This document shows, piece by piece, positions 10,852 to 20,529 of a stretch of DNA of 64,000 nucleotides. This DNA is from a virus. Made by a program: the position numbers and the translations under genes. The stretch is from IMG/VR virus record IMGVR_UViG_3300027896_000013; one strand, written 5' to 3'. The notes beneath the pieces are model-generated. The model ran no database searches. It worked only from the letters and a program-made list of their open reading frames with translations, and was not told where the DNA came from. Every line of letters begins with the position of its first letter. Within the stretch, counting starts at the first letter, position 1.

Positions 10852-11596
10852 TTATTTTGTTATGTGTATTTAAGAAGTCGTACTTTTCTAAAATTTTATA
10901 TTTCTCTTCAGGTGTTCGTCCTTCTAATTTATGAAATATTATAGGATTAACTGGATGAATGACAGCATAATCTGTAACAATTTCTAAATCAAGCGGTGTT
11001 TTTACATTCATCTTGAGCATGGCTATTTTCGGGTTCTTTGCAACCGTATAACCTATTCGTTTATCTTCACCTAAGTAAGTTTCGACAGTATTGATAAAAT
11101 CCTTCTCGGGGTTACTGACAATAAACTCCGCAGCATATCGACTTAGAAAATAGAAACCACCGCAAACATAATCAAGTAGGCTGATATTAGTCTTATCTAA
11201 GTAGCTTGGATCAGTATCATACTCTTTCATTTTGAAATTGTTCCAATACCGAGTTTGATTTAACCGCTCTGCACACAGATTTACATATCCACCGTAATCG
11301 TACTTGAAAATCAACTCCGGGATGATATTCTTCTCAATAAACGTATCATCATCGATTTTTAAGAGATAATCTGCATCAGTTTTATGTACGAAGTGTTCTA
11401 TGAGTTTATACGTCTTGTGAGATAGCTGGTTATATTTTTCCTCGCAGTCTACTATTATTTTTGGTTCTACTACTAGTTCAGGTGATCTACCATACACAAA
11501 ATAGTATTCAAAACCTTGTTTATCAAGGTGCTGTTTAACAAGGTTAGCAGGTCTATAATTCTTGCTACAAGTCGTTACGTATAATACTATCTTCAT
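10829..11596 (-). CDS. GT31-like (galactosyltransferase/fringe-like) glycosyltransferase
   Basis: YNQLSHKT, YLLKIDDDTF, YVCGGFYFLS, EDKRIG; ATG 11596 overlaps upstream TGA. Confidence 0.8.
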   Translation of the reverse strand: MKIVLYVTTCSKNYRPANLVKQHLDKQGFEYYFVYGRSPELVVEPKIIVDCEEKYNQLSHKTYKLIEHFVHKTDADYLLKIDDDTFIEKNIIPELIFKYDYGGYVNLCAERLNQTRYWNNFKMKEYDTDPSYLDKTNISLLDYVCGGFYFLSRYAAEFIVSNPEKDFINTVETYLGEDKRIGYTVAKNPKIAMLKMNVKTPLDLEIVTDYAVIHPVNPIIFHKLEGRTPEEKYKILEKYDFLNTHNKINDHIEKH

Positions 11597-12243
11597 GCAC
11601 CTGTAGGTCTCGGTAAGAGTACCGGTGGCCATATAGTAACTAGGGTACTGTATGTATCAGCAGTATCTATTTGTTTAAGCGCTTCTTCTACACCGGTAAT
11701 AGTTGCAGCTATAATAGCCTTTATTTCTTCAACACCGTTAATATTTTGAGCTTCTTCGAATTCTACTAAATCTTTCTGCAGAGTCTCTAATACACATTTC
11801 TTTTTCTCGTTAATCAGTTTTTTCCAGCCGTCTTTCGCAACAGTTAAAAAAGCTGAATCTTGATTTATAATAGACTGTATATCAAAATATTGAAATAATT
11901 TACACTTCTTTAAGATAGGAGCATACTGATGTACATCTTGTATTACTAGAACTTTAAGATGAGGTTGCTTACTAAAAATATCACTACAGTCTTTGATTAA
12001 ACTCTGTATAATATCAAGCTCACCTGCGAAGTCATCGTGAGATTCTGATACAAAAGCGACCGTATTATCCGTAATATTAAGAGATATCTCGCAGTTATTA
12101 ATTACATCTAAAAATTTACCAGTATTTGTGTTTAAGCTTTTTCCGAATATAGTCTGTCTTTCTTTCGTCTTTTCGTTTATATATTCAAATTTAACAACCT
12201 TACCAGATGTAAGGACTGCAACTAACAGTGTTGATATTGACAT
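11593..12243 (-). CDS. Hypothetical protein, possible tail-fibre assembly chaperone
   Basis: Helical C-terminus ending IDTADT..LVTIWPPVL resembles fibre-assembly proteins; lies downstream of fibre genes. Confidence 0.4.
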   Translation of the reverse strand: MSISTLLVAVLTSGKVVKFEYINEKTKERQTIFGKSLNTNTGKFLDVINNCEISLNITDNTVAFVSESHDDFAGELDIIQSLIKDCSDIFSKQPHLKVLVIQDVHQYAPILKKCKLFQYFDIQSIINQDSAFLTVAKDGWKKLINEKKKCVLETLQKDLVEFEEAQNINGVEEIKAIIAATITGVEEALKQIDTADTYSTLVTIWPPVLLPRPTGA

Positions 12244-12249
12244 AGTATT

Positions 12250-12277
12250 ATTATAGTGTGTTAAATGCTGTAATCAA
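12250..12277 (-). promoter_or_regulatory. Sigma70-like promoter TTGATT-N16-TATAAT
   Basis: -10 box ends 6 nt before ATG 12243. Confidence 0.75.
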
Positions 12278-12280
12278 CCG

Positions 12281-13009
12281 TTATACTTGTGCACCGTATG
12301 TTGTCAATCCGTCATCAGATACCCATGCACCTGCACCTGTTTTTATCTTAAAAGGTACTCTCTGTATAGTAACCGGAGCTGGGGCGGGTTTAGAATACAC
12401 AGTAGATACTTTTGTAGTCATAGACAAACCGGACGCTAAATCTTGTACTGAAACATCATAACTATAAGGACTAATCAACCCAGAAGCTATTGTATATGTA
12501 CCAGCGCCTATTACATATGGGTTGATAGCAACGGATGGACCACCTCTTACAGTGATAAGCCACATACACTGAGAAGCTGCTGGTGTATTTCTAAGTTCCC
12601 AATCTAGTGCTGGTCTTTGCGCTGTAGCTGCGTTTAAGCTTATTGTGATTTTACCATCTTTTTTAGTGTGGTACTGACTGTAAGTTTCTGCATACACAGT
12701 AAGAGTAAATGACATTACCTGTGCACCAACTACGCTACCTAAAGAATAATCAGTTGATGTTCCTCCTGCGTATAAACTCTGTCCTGCAGCATACTGTCTA
12801 AATAATCCTACTATTGTAGAGATGCTTGTTTGACCTGTGATAGATACAGGTAAGGGACCGGGGTACGTACTAGCTAATACATTTATTTCTCGTATAGCGC
12901 TTGTTATACCAGGATCAGAAGGTACACCGTCATTAGCTAGCTCACCAATAGATAGATTGGAAGCTACACCATTAGTACCAAATGGAGGCATTACATAATT
13001 ATATCTCAT
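12281..13009 (-). CDS. Tail-fibre-associated structural protein
   Basis: 242-aa G/S/T-rich beta-type ORF coupled to the fibre gene. Confidence 0.5.
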   Translation of the reverse strand: MRYNYVMPPFGTNGVASNLSIGELANDGVPSDPGITSAIREINVLASTYPGPLPVSITGQTSISTIVGLFRQYAAGQSLYAGGTSTDYSLGSVVGAQVMSFTLTVYAETYSQYHTKKDGKITISLNAATAQRPALDWELRNTPAASQCMWLITVRGGPSVAINPYVIGAGTYTIASGLISPYSYDVSVQDLASGLSMTTKVSTVYSKPAPAPVTIQRVPFKIKTGAGAWVSDDGLTTYGAQV

Positions 13010-14229
13010 GTTATCTTTTTATTCAGCTCTTTTATAGCTTCAATTAAGAGGGGTATAATGCTGTCATACTTAACTGCCTTTGTACCATCTGATCTTGTGC
13101 TCACAGCTTCAGGTAATATCTTTTCAATTTCTTGAGCAATTACACCTACATCTTTACCATCTCTGAAATCACAGTTCCAGTCAAATGTTACACCGCGGAT
13201 CTGGTTTACCTTTTCTAACGCGTTAGGTATAACTTCAATATTCTTCTTCAACGTTTCATCAGATGTTGAGAATACAACAACGTCACCGGTTGCGATGATG
13301 GCGCCTTGTACGCTTAATGCAACTGTCGTAGTATTAAGACCTTGTACACTTAAACCTTTAAATGATGGTGGTGCTGTATTGATACCAAAGCTGCAGTTCG
13401 AGCTATACGTAGAAACTAAAGCTCCATTTGTGCTATACTTAAATGGTAGTGGCAATAGACCAGTCAGGAGAGAACCGGTACCGTTCCAGGCACCGCTGTT
13501 AGTTGCAAATAAAGAATAGCAGGTATACCAGTCAGTGCTATTACGTCCACGAGTTCCAAACGGGTATGTAAATATCTCACCATAAGCGGATATGTTACCG
13601 TTTAAATTGCTTAACAATCCTACAGTTAAGTCTTTCTGAAGAGCTGTAGAATCAGCTGCATATAGCTTTGAATTGGTTGTTATATCACCATCAACAACCA
13701 AAGTCTGCTGGCTGCCTGGTGTACCTACAGTTGTATTAATTAAGAGCCCTATTTTAGAGCTTATATTGAATACTGTTGTATCAAGATGTATTTGAGCTAC
13801 CTCGTCTGCTTTTACCGCTGTTACACCATTAGTACCATCTAATTGGCTTAGCAGATTATATCGTACAATCTGTGTTGGTTCTGGTACTGCTGATAGAGCA
13901 GCTTTATCGGTAATATGATATAGTACCTCTTTGGAGCTATCGTATATTAAATCACCTATATCAGCACCGTTTGCAGTAAGAGCAACAATAGCATCTTGAG
14001 TGAGTGGGTTTCCATCTACACCACCTTGAAAAATACCGTTAACAGCTCCGTGGTTGACAATACCTATTGGTGCGCCGCCTACAGTTGAGCTATCTCCAAC
14101 ATATAGTCGTTTCGTATCAATATTAAACGCTGGTTCACCGTATTCGAAAGTGACACCGTCGCCACCACCAGTTCTGCGAACAACGTCTGTACCTCTCCTA
14201 AATAAAATCTTAGTGATATTCTGAGCCAT
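13006..14229 (-). CDS. Tail fibre/spike with Mtd-N-like N-terminus and C-terminal intramolecular chaperone (peptidase S74)
   Basis: KILFRRG..GEPAFNIDTKRLYVGD; SDETLKKNI..RGVTFDW..GVIAQEIE..PEAV..Y..IIPLLIEAIKEL. Confidence 0.88.
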   Translation of the reverse strand: MAQNITKILFRRGTDVVRRTGGGDGVTFEYGEPAFNIDTKRLYVGDSSTVGGAPIGIVNHGAVNGIFQGGVDGNPLTQDAIVALTANGADIGDLIYDSSKEVLYHITDKAALSAVPEPTQIVRYNLLSQLDGTNGVTAVKADEVAQIHLDTTVFNISSKIGLLINTTVGTPGSQQTLVVDGDITTNSKLYAADSTALQKDLTVGLLSNLNGNISAYGEIFTYPFGTRGRNSTDWYTCYSLFATNSGAWNGTGSLLTGLLPLPFKYSTNGALVSTYSSNCSFGINTAPPSFKGLSVQGLNTTTVALSVQGAIIATGDVVVFSTSDETLKKNIEVIPNALEKVNQIRGVTFDWNCDFRDGKDVGVIAQEIEKILPEAVSTRSDGTKAVKYDSIIPLLIEAIKELNKKIT

Positions 14230-14290
14230 AATTTACTAATATTTATGCTTGACTTGTTAATAGGTATACTGTACATTCACATTAAAGATT

Positions 14291-14503
14291 ATGTTATACG
14301 CGACACCACAAAATAATTCGGTCGATATCTACGACTCAAACACTCAACAACGCAAGTATTCTATGCCTGTTAACGGAGAGGTTGCAGGTGCACCTATTAT
14401 TAATGGAGATCAAATGGCTATACCTGTTAGGGTAAGCGATACACAAGTTGTTACTCGAGTGTATGATATACACAGTGGTCAACTGAAATACACCAATTAC
14501 TAA
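14291..14503 (+). CDS. Small hypothetical protein
   Basis: 70-aa ORF preceded by TTGACT-N17-TACATT. Confidence 0.6.
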   Translation: MLYATPQNNSVDIYDSNTQQRKYSMPVNGEVAGAPIINGDQMAIPVRVSDTQVVTRVYDIHSGQLKYTNY

Positions 14504-14504
14504 G

Positions 14505-14603
14505 TTATTTGTGTAACTGTGCTACTACAAAAGCTACACTATACAGTAATGTACAGCAGGCAATTGCTTCAGCGAAGGTTATAAACATTATCCGTATTCT
14601 CAT
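14505..14603 (-). CDS. Unannotated 32-aa hydrophobic peptide (MRIRIMFITFAEAIACCTLLYSVAFVVAQLHK)
   Basis: Starts 2 nt after the stop of the receiver-like gene and fills the gap; one TM-like segment. Confidence 0.5.
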   Translation of the reverse strand: MRIRIMFITFAEAIACCTLLYSVAFVVAQLHK

Positions 14604-14605
14604 AA

Positions 14606-15169
14606 CTAAGATGTCGTCAATTTGGTTAATAGGTGTGATAGCTGACCATTACCGGCAAGATACCCTATCAGGATTGCAATAGCAAATAAAATAACGAATG
14701 TCGCTGCATCTTTCTCTCTGCTACCTGGTCTATATGCTGCTTGTTCAAGAGCTTGAGATATTGCCTTTTCTAGTGATGGTATCTCGAGACCTCTTCCAAG
14801 AATCGTATACAATATACCTGCTTTAAGTGATAAATCTTGAATATAATCAGCAACTATACATATGTATGTAGTGTCTGAAAATTCTTCGCATAGCTTTAAA
14901 CATTCCTTATCTTCATCTTGTGACCTGTTTGAACTAGAGAAGTTTAATAATACAGCCGAGAAAGCTTCTCGTCTTAAAAACTCTCGAGCAACCTCGGCAG
15001 AGTTTACTTTGACAGATGTCTTTCCTAACTTTTTAACTACATTATCTACAATCTCAGCGTCTTCTTTATTGTTATCGATAATCAGTACGGGTAAGTTCTT
15101 ACCCAATGGATTAGAGTACAACAGAAATTTACCAAGCAGCATCACTATTTTCTCGATAATAAACGGCAT
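14606..15169 (-). CDS. Receiver (REC)-like domain protein with C-terminal transmembrane helix
   Basis: VLIIDNN..AEIV..V.SAEVAREFL...FSAVLLN CheY-like pattern; hydrophobic FVILFAIAILIGYLAG. Confidence 0.6.
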   Translation of the reverse strand: MPFIIEKIVMLLGKFLLYSNPLGKNLPVLIIDNNKEDAEIVDNVVKKLGKTSVKVNSAEVAREFLRREAFSAVLLNFSSSNRSQDEDKECLKLCEEFSDTTYICIVADYIQDLSLKAGILYTILGRGLEIPSLEKAISQALEQAAYRPGSREKDAATFVILFAIAILIGYLAGNGQLSHLLTKLTTS

Positions 15170-15266
15170 ATATAAAAAATTGCAACGACATCTCTATGAG
15201 ATGTTGTCACATATACAAATATTTATTGTAAACAAAGGTGTTTATCTCACCTAAATAAAATTCTTC

Positions 15267-15303
15267 TTGAACTTTTCTTTCTACACCGTACAATGTATAA
15301 ATA
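15267..15303 (+). promoter_or_regulatory. Tandem promoters for nrdJ: TTGAAC-N16-TACAAT and late TATAAATA
   Basis: Both motifs read directly upstream of ATG 15314. Confidence 0.7.
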
Positions 15304-15313
15304 ATTTTCCGCT

Positions 15314-17446
15314 ATGCCACACAAACAAGAATCAGTAAATTTTTTAACAGAGGTATCTAACTTTATTTTCACAGACAAGTATGCAAGGTACTATGAAATA
15401 ATGAGCAGACGAGAAGCTTGGAACGAATGCGTTGGTCGCGTCGAAGACATGCACATCGCCAAGTTTAAGAAAATACTTTCAAAGGAGGAATTGAAGGAGA
15501 TGGAATGGGCATTCAACTTCGTAAGAGATAAAAAAGTTGTACCCTCTATGCGCTCGATGCAGTTCGGTGGCAAGGCTGTCGTAGCTCACAATCCTAGAAT
15601 TTTTAACTGCGCTGTACGACACATTGACAGTACACGCGCATTTGCAGAAGTGTTCTACCTTTTGTTGTGTGGTTGTGGTGTTGGGTTAGGTCTATCGAAA
15701 TACTTCGTTAATCGTTTACCTGATTTAGTTGGCCCTAGCGATAAGAGTGGTACGGTTGTTACCTACGTCGTTGAAGATAGCATCGAAGGTTGGGCTGATA
15801 GTATTGAAGCTCTTTTGAATTGCTATTTCCGTAATACTGCATATTCAGGTCGCAAGATTGTATTTGATTTTAGCAGAATTCGACCTGAAGGTGCTGTAAT
15901 TAAAACAGGCGGTGGTAAAGCTCCAGGATACAAAGGGCTTAAGAAGGGTTTACAGAAAATAAAGAGTTTACTTGACCACATCATAGAAGAAAACCACCAG
16001 AAACGTTTAAAACCAGTGAATGCGTATGATATCTTGATGCATTGCGCTGATGCTGTTTTAAGTGGTGGTATTCGCCGTTCAGCTACCTCAGTCATTTTTG
16101 ATAAGGATGATGAAGACATGCTCAATGCTAAGGTAGCTTTTAATGTTACCAAATACGCACACTTTGATGAGAACAGTAAAGGTAAGTATGAAGGCGTAGT
16201 TTACGTTGACGGTAAATTCGGCGGTATTCGTAATCACAGATATGATGTGGTTATTGAGAAGTGGGAATATGATATTCTCAAGGACAAGAAGACTATTGGC
16301 TGGAGCCATATCGAACCTCAGCGTGCACGTTCTAATAACAGTGTGCTTCTTCTGAGAGATAGTGTTACAGAAGAAGAGTTTATAAAGATCAATGCTCTGA
16401 CTCGCCAATTTGGTGAACCCGGATTTGTTTTCGCTAATCACCCTCATCAGTTGTTTAACCCATGCTTCGAGATCGGATTTATACCGGTAACTGCAGATGG
16501 TATATGCGGTGTACAGTTCTGCAACCTATCATCTATTAATGGAGCAAAAATCAAAACAGCGAATGACTTTTTTGAAGCTGTTAAAGCTGCTACTATCATA
16601 GGTACCTTACAAGCAACCTATACTGATTTTAGCTACCTAAGCAAGACTGCAAAACAACTTACAGAAGAAGAAGCTCTGCTTGGAGTATCGATTACCGGTA
16701 CTATGGATGCACCTGATATTATATTGAACGCATCTGTTCAAGAAAAAGGTGCAGCTATCGCTAAGAAGGTGAATAAGGAATGGGCATCTAAACTCAAAAT
16801 TAATCAAGCTGCACGCATCACAACACTGAAACCTGAAGGTTCTAGCTCGCTAGTTCTTGAGAGTGCTTCAGGTATTCACCCTCACCACGCGCGTCGTTAC
16901 TTCCGCCGTGTTCAAGTCAATAAACACGACCCAGTCTACAAATTCTTCAAGAAGATTAACCCGCATATGTGTGAAGAGAGTGTATGGTCGGCTAATAAGA
17001 CAGACGATGTAATTACTTTCCCTATCACCGTATCTAAGGAAGCAATGGTTAAGGCTGACTTATCTGCTATTAAACACTTGGATATTATTAAGTCTACACA
17101 AACACATTGGGTCAATAACGGTACAACTGAAGCTAACAAGAAGCCTATCACACATAATGTATCTTGTACAGTTATTGTGGATGAGAATGAGTGGAATGAT
17201 GTCTTTAAATACTTGTTCAAACACCGAAACTCTTTTGGTGCTGTATCTCTCTTACCAAAAACAGGTGATAAGCTCTTCAAGCAAGCTCCGAATGAAGCTG
17301 TTACGACCGAAGAGGACGAGAAGAAGTGGAATGATATTGTGTCTAACTATAAACCAGTTAACTACAAGCTACTGGAAGAAGACGAAGATTCTACAAAAAT
17401 ATCAGACACAGTAGCTTGTGCAGGTGGCAAATGTGACGTAGTTTAG
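15314..17446 (+). CDS. nrdJ: Class II (adenosylcobalamin-dependent) ribonucleotide reductase
   Basis: PSMRSMQFGG, FNCA, GEPG, NPCFEI, FCNL, TTLKPEGSSS, C-terminal CAGGKC; no nrdB adjacent. Confidence 0.9.
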   Translation: MPHKQESVNFLTEVSNFIFTDKYARYYEIMSRREAWNECVGRVEDMHIAKFKKILSKEELKEMEWAFNFVRDKKVVPSMRSMQFGGKAVVAHNPRIFNCAVRHIDSTRAFAEVFYLLLCGCGVGLGLSKYFVNRLPDLVGPSDKSGTVVTYVVEDSIEGWADSIEALLNCYFRNTAYSGRKIVFDFSRIRPEGAVIKTGGGKAPGYKGLKKGLQKIKSLLDHIIEENHQKRLKPVNAYDILMHCADAVLSGGIRRSATSVIFDKDDEDMLNAKVAFNVTKYAHFDENSKGKYEGVVYVDGKFGGIRNHRYDVVIEKWEYDILKDKKTIGWSHIEPQRARSNNSVLLLRDSVTEEEFIKINALTRQFGEPGFVFANHPHQLFNPCFEIGFIPVTADGICGVQFCNLSSINGAKIKTANDFFEAVKAATIIGTLQATYTDFSYLSKTAKQLTEEEALLGVSITGTMDAPDIILNASVQEKGAAIAKKVNKEWASKLKINQAARITTLKPEGSSSLVLESASGIHPHHARRYFRRVQVNKHDPVYKFFKKINPHMCEESVWSANKTDDVITFPITVSKEAMVKADLSAIKHLDIIKSTQTHWVNNGTTEANKKPITHNVSCTVIVDENEWNDVFKYLFKHRNSFGAVSLLPKTGDKLFKQAPNEAVTTEEDEKKWNDIVSNYKPVNYKLLEEDEDSTKISDTVACAGGKCDVV

Positions 17447-17454
17447 CCAGTGGG

Positions 17455-17482
17455 TTGATTATCGCTTTGCATATCTTATTAT
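17455..17482 (+). promoter_or_regulatory. Sigma70-like promoter TTGATT-N16-TATTAT
   Basis: 7 nt before ATG 17490. Confidence 0.7.
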
Positions 17483-17489
17483 ATGAGTA

Positions 17490-17954
17490 ATGAAAGTCAT
17501 TACTCTTACACAGGAACAAATCGACCAAGCTCGTTCACTTGCTACTAAGATACAAGATTCAAAACCATATACTCGCAGCTGGGGTGCTAAAAACATCGCA
17601 GTTGGTCTACTCGGCGAGATGGCTTATGCTCAGATGACTAATACTGAGATTTGTACTGAGGTGTGGAACGATAAATGCGATGGTGGTATTGACTTCAAAG
17701 ATGGAGCAGATGTAAAGACTATCACTTGGTTAGGCGCAAATCCTGAACTCAAAGTAGGCAGACTCCCTAGCGATAAAACAAAGAAAACTAAATTCGTAAT
17801 GGCTATATGTGATTACGAAAATGACCCGAAGAACGTCAGACTTATTGGTGAAATCTCCGTAGCAAGCTTCAAGCAAAAAGCTCAATTGCGTACATATGGT
17901 ACAAAGAGCTGGTATGCCGTTACACCGGAAGACCTCGATGTAATCTACACTTAA
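17490..17954 (+). CDS. Hypothetical protein, possible PD-(D/E)XK nuclease fold
   Basis: G.LGE.A..., DGGIDF, DVKT motifs. Confidence 0.45.
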   Translation: MKVITLTQEQIDQARSLATKIQDSKPYTRSWGAKNIAVGLLGEMAYAQMTNTEICTEVWNDKCDGGIDFKDGADVKTITWLGANPELKVGRLPSDKTKKTKFVMAICDYENDPKNVRLIGEISVASFKQKAQLRTYGTKSWYAVTPEDLDVIYT

Positions 17955-20467
17955 GCTGGTCCATTAGAACCGTTATTAATCGGATCTGCTGGTATACGCT
18001 CTAACTCATTAACAGCTTTAGCTCTATCACGCATCTCATCATTTGATGTAGTTAGCGTTAATGGTATATTCTTAAATGTGTGTGCATGTGGTGCTGACAC
18101 TATACAGTCTGGATCAGCTCCTGTACCATATACCTTGATAGGCATAAGCTCTTGTACAAAGCCTCCAATACCCATAGCTGTACCCTGAATACATGGTATA
18201 CCGCTACCGTATACAGGGTATAATCCAGCTGGTACGCAACCACCAGTGTTACTACATCCACCTGGGAGATTTACCCACCCCACGACTTGACTTGGTTGAG
18301 TTAACCCAATCACACTAGGTGCAACTGGTGCACCTAGTGCATTCTCTGTGTTGTATAATGGAACGCCGTACCCTATAACTGCTCCTCTACCCGTAAAGTC
18401 CTTTGCGGGTGTTGAATATACAACTGTTTTATCTGTTACCTGTATCTCTGCAGGAGCTGTAATGTGATTAACTGATAATTCACCTTCAACATGGCATCCA
18501 CCACCTATAACAACATTCTTATTAACACCGAGAGAGCTATCTATTAGAACTTGTTTTTTGTGACGCTGTCTGATGCTTATAACATCTGCTATAAGACTGA
18601 GTCTATGTCCGCCATCAATATTAACTTCATTTTCACTACCAATATTGACCTGTAACCCAGCTATATTAGTTATTGTACCTGATATTACAGCAGGTCCATG
18701 AGATTTGAATGACATTCCACCAGACCCAACTTGAACATTAAACCGGTTACAAACGTTCAAATTATAAGTTCCACCTGGTAAATCGTCAACGTGTGCATAT
18801 TCTATCAGAGGTGTTGCTACCTTATTCTCATATACACCTTGAGTACCCACTAGTATTTCAGCGTTATACATCTTACCTACAGGGTCGACACGAACTGAAC
18901 CGAAATCATTCATTACCATGCCGATAGTTTCAAACTTATGCTTAGTAATGTCAATTATCTGTGACCCGCCTAATCCCATTTGTTTTTCGACGTTAGATAG
19001 TTCGATTATTTTACTGTTTAAGAGCTCTTTAATATTCCTCTTTAACGGCTCTGCTTGCCATCTACCATCCATTGTACTTGTAGATATACCTGAACCACCA
19101 CAGCTTGGACACACATCACCGAAGATTTTACCCTTGCTACCAAAAGTACCATATGTAGCTGTGCTCTGTATCAGCGGCAGGGAGATGTTATTAAAGAGGA
19201 ATGTACCATCACATTCGGATGTTGTGAATGCTACACCGACAGTTCCCATATTATTGTTGAGCTTCCAATAACCTGATACGTTATTTGTACAAACCGGACA
19301 AGGTGCAAATGTACCATTTCGCTTTTGTAACGGGGATGTAGCTTTAAACGAACCCACCGTATTTGCTTGTGCTCGTTGAATGTCAAATAACTGCTTTGAC
19401 TCTGAAATCTCAGTATATATCCCCTTCCACTTTTTATACGGTTCTATATTCAGGTCACCTATCTTAACGTATCGGTTACCTCTTACAATATCATCGAAGT
19501 CATGCTGAACAAATTCATTCTTACTACCTCGGGTTGTTAGGAACTGATCACCTAAAACTAATTTCTGATCATTATTCTGCGCAAACTCGATATTTACCAG
19601 GTTTGTAAATTCTTTAAATGAACCAGAGAAGTGTGTGAATTTAAGAGACTCTCTATTATCAGTGTTTACTATTTGTATAGTTCCACCCTTTTGATTAATC
19701 ACATACTTGTTACGATAAGTCTCTGTGCTAAGATTGGCTGCATTAGCCGCTGATAGTGGCCTATTTTCAAACTCTCCAGGGTAGTCTATACCCTTATTAT
19801 CATTTGCATCGTATATACCCTTCCAGTCCTCAGCACCAAAAGATGTTGCAAAGTATACCGGCTTCATTGGGTCACCATTTTGAAAGAATACCCATACATG
19901 AGAACCTACATTTGGTATTGTGAATGCGCCGTGAGCCTGATTACTATACGTTTCAGGTATGTAGTTATAGCTATATTTGTTGACTGTATTTACACCGCTG
20001 AGAGCTGATGTAAAGGCATCGTTTACACGGTAGTAATCTATATCAAACCTGTTACCATACTTCTCACCAATTGAGTCAACATTTTGAGAGTATTTGGTAA
20101 TTTTAGATATGTCTATATCAGTCGACGACAGGTTTGTTACTAGTGTTCCGATCTTGTTAGAATCGCTCGTAGTACCTATTGCTTTTGAAGCATTGTATCT
20201 ACCAGAGCTGTTTTCACCTACTAAGGGAGAGGCACACTCAGCCCATGGTAATATGTTCTGTAAATCACCAACTATGCTAGAGAGATCGCTTTTAAGATTG
20301 ATACCTACAAACTTAAATCTCTTGTCTTTTTTTACCTCTGTCCACTTTTTGTAGACTGTTACGTTAATATGAGGAACAAAGATTTTCACACGGCCACGAC
20401 GCTCTGGGTCGTCTGACTGAACTACAATACCTAGGTAGTTACCTAGATATGATGGGTAATTATTCAT
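17951..20467 (-). CDS. gp5: gp5-like baseplate hub/spike protein
   Basis: YLGIVVQSDDPERRGRVKIFVP and IPNVGSHVWVFFQNGDPMKPVYF (gp5/VgrG OB fold), beta-helix-like middle, C-terminal HAH; no lysozyme motif seen. Confidence 0.8.
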   Translation of the reverse strand: MNNYPSYLGNYLGIVVQSDDPERRGRVKIFVPHINVTVYKKWTEVKKDKRFKFVGINLKSDLSSIVGDLQNILPWAECASPLVGENSSGRYNASKAIGTTSDSNKIGTLVTNLSSTDIDISKITKYSQNVDSIGEKYGNRFDIDYYRVNDAFTSALSGVNTVNKYSYNYIPETYSNQAHGAFTIPNVGSHVWVFFQNGDPMKPVYFATSFGAEDWKGIYDANDNKGIDYPGEFENRPLSAANAANLSTETYRNKYVINQKGGTIQIVNTDNRESLKFTHFSGSFKEFTNLVNIEFAQNNDQKLVLGDQFLTTRGSKNEFVQHDFDDIVRGNRYVKIGDLNIEPYKKWKGIYTEISESKQLFDIQRAQANTVGSFKATSPLQKRNGTFAPCPVCTNNVSGYWKLNNNMGTVGVAFTTSECDGTFLFNNISLPLIQSTATYGTFGSKGKIFGDVCPSCGGSGISTSTMDGRWQAEPLKRNIKELLNSKIIELSNVEKQMGLGGSQIIDITKHKFETIGMVMNDFGSVRVDPVGKMYNAEILVGTQGVYENKVATPLIEYAHVDDLPGGTYNLNVCNRFNVQVGSGGMSFKSHGPAVISGTITNIAGLQVNIGSENEVNIDGGHRLSLIADVISIRQRHKKQVLIDSSLGVNKNVVIGGGCHVEGELSVNHITAPAEIQVTDKTVVYSTPAKDFTGRGAVIGYGVPLYNTENALGAPVAPSVIGLTQPSQVVGWVNLPGGCSNTGGCVPAGLYPVYGSGIPCIQGTAMGIGGFVQELMPIKVYGTGADPDCIVSAPHAHTFKNIPLTLTTSNDEMRDRAKAVNELERIPADPINNGSNGPA

Positions 20468-20495
20468 GCAGTTTAAAGATGTCTTAATTATTTAC

Positions 20496-20523
20496 TTGAA
20501 GTATCAACTTCTGCTACTATTAT
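20496..20523 (+). promoter_or_regulatory. Sigma70-like promoter TTGAAG-N16-TATTAT of the deazaguanine operon
   Basis: 6 nt before ATG 20530. Confidence 0.7.
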
Positions 20524-20529
20524 ATCGAT

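Noticed and set aside
15314-17446. Intein or group I intron in nrdJ (also checked gp43 and helicases)
   Set aside because: No C/S...HN-C/S/T splice termini, no homing-endonuclease motifs and no frame breaks
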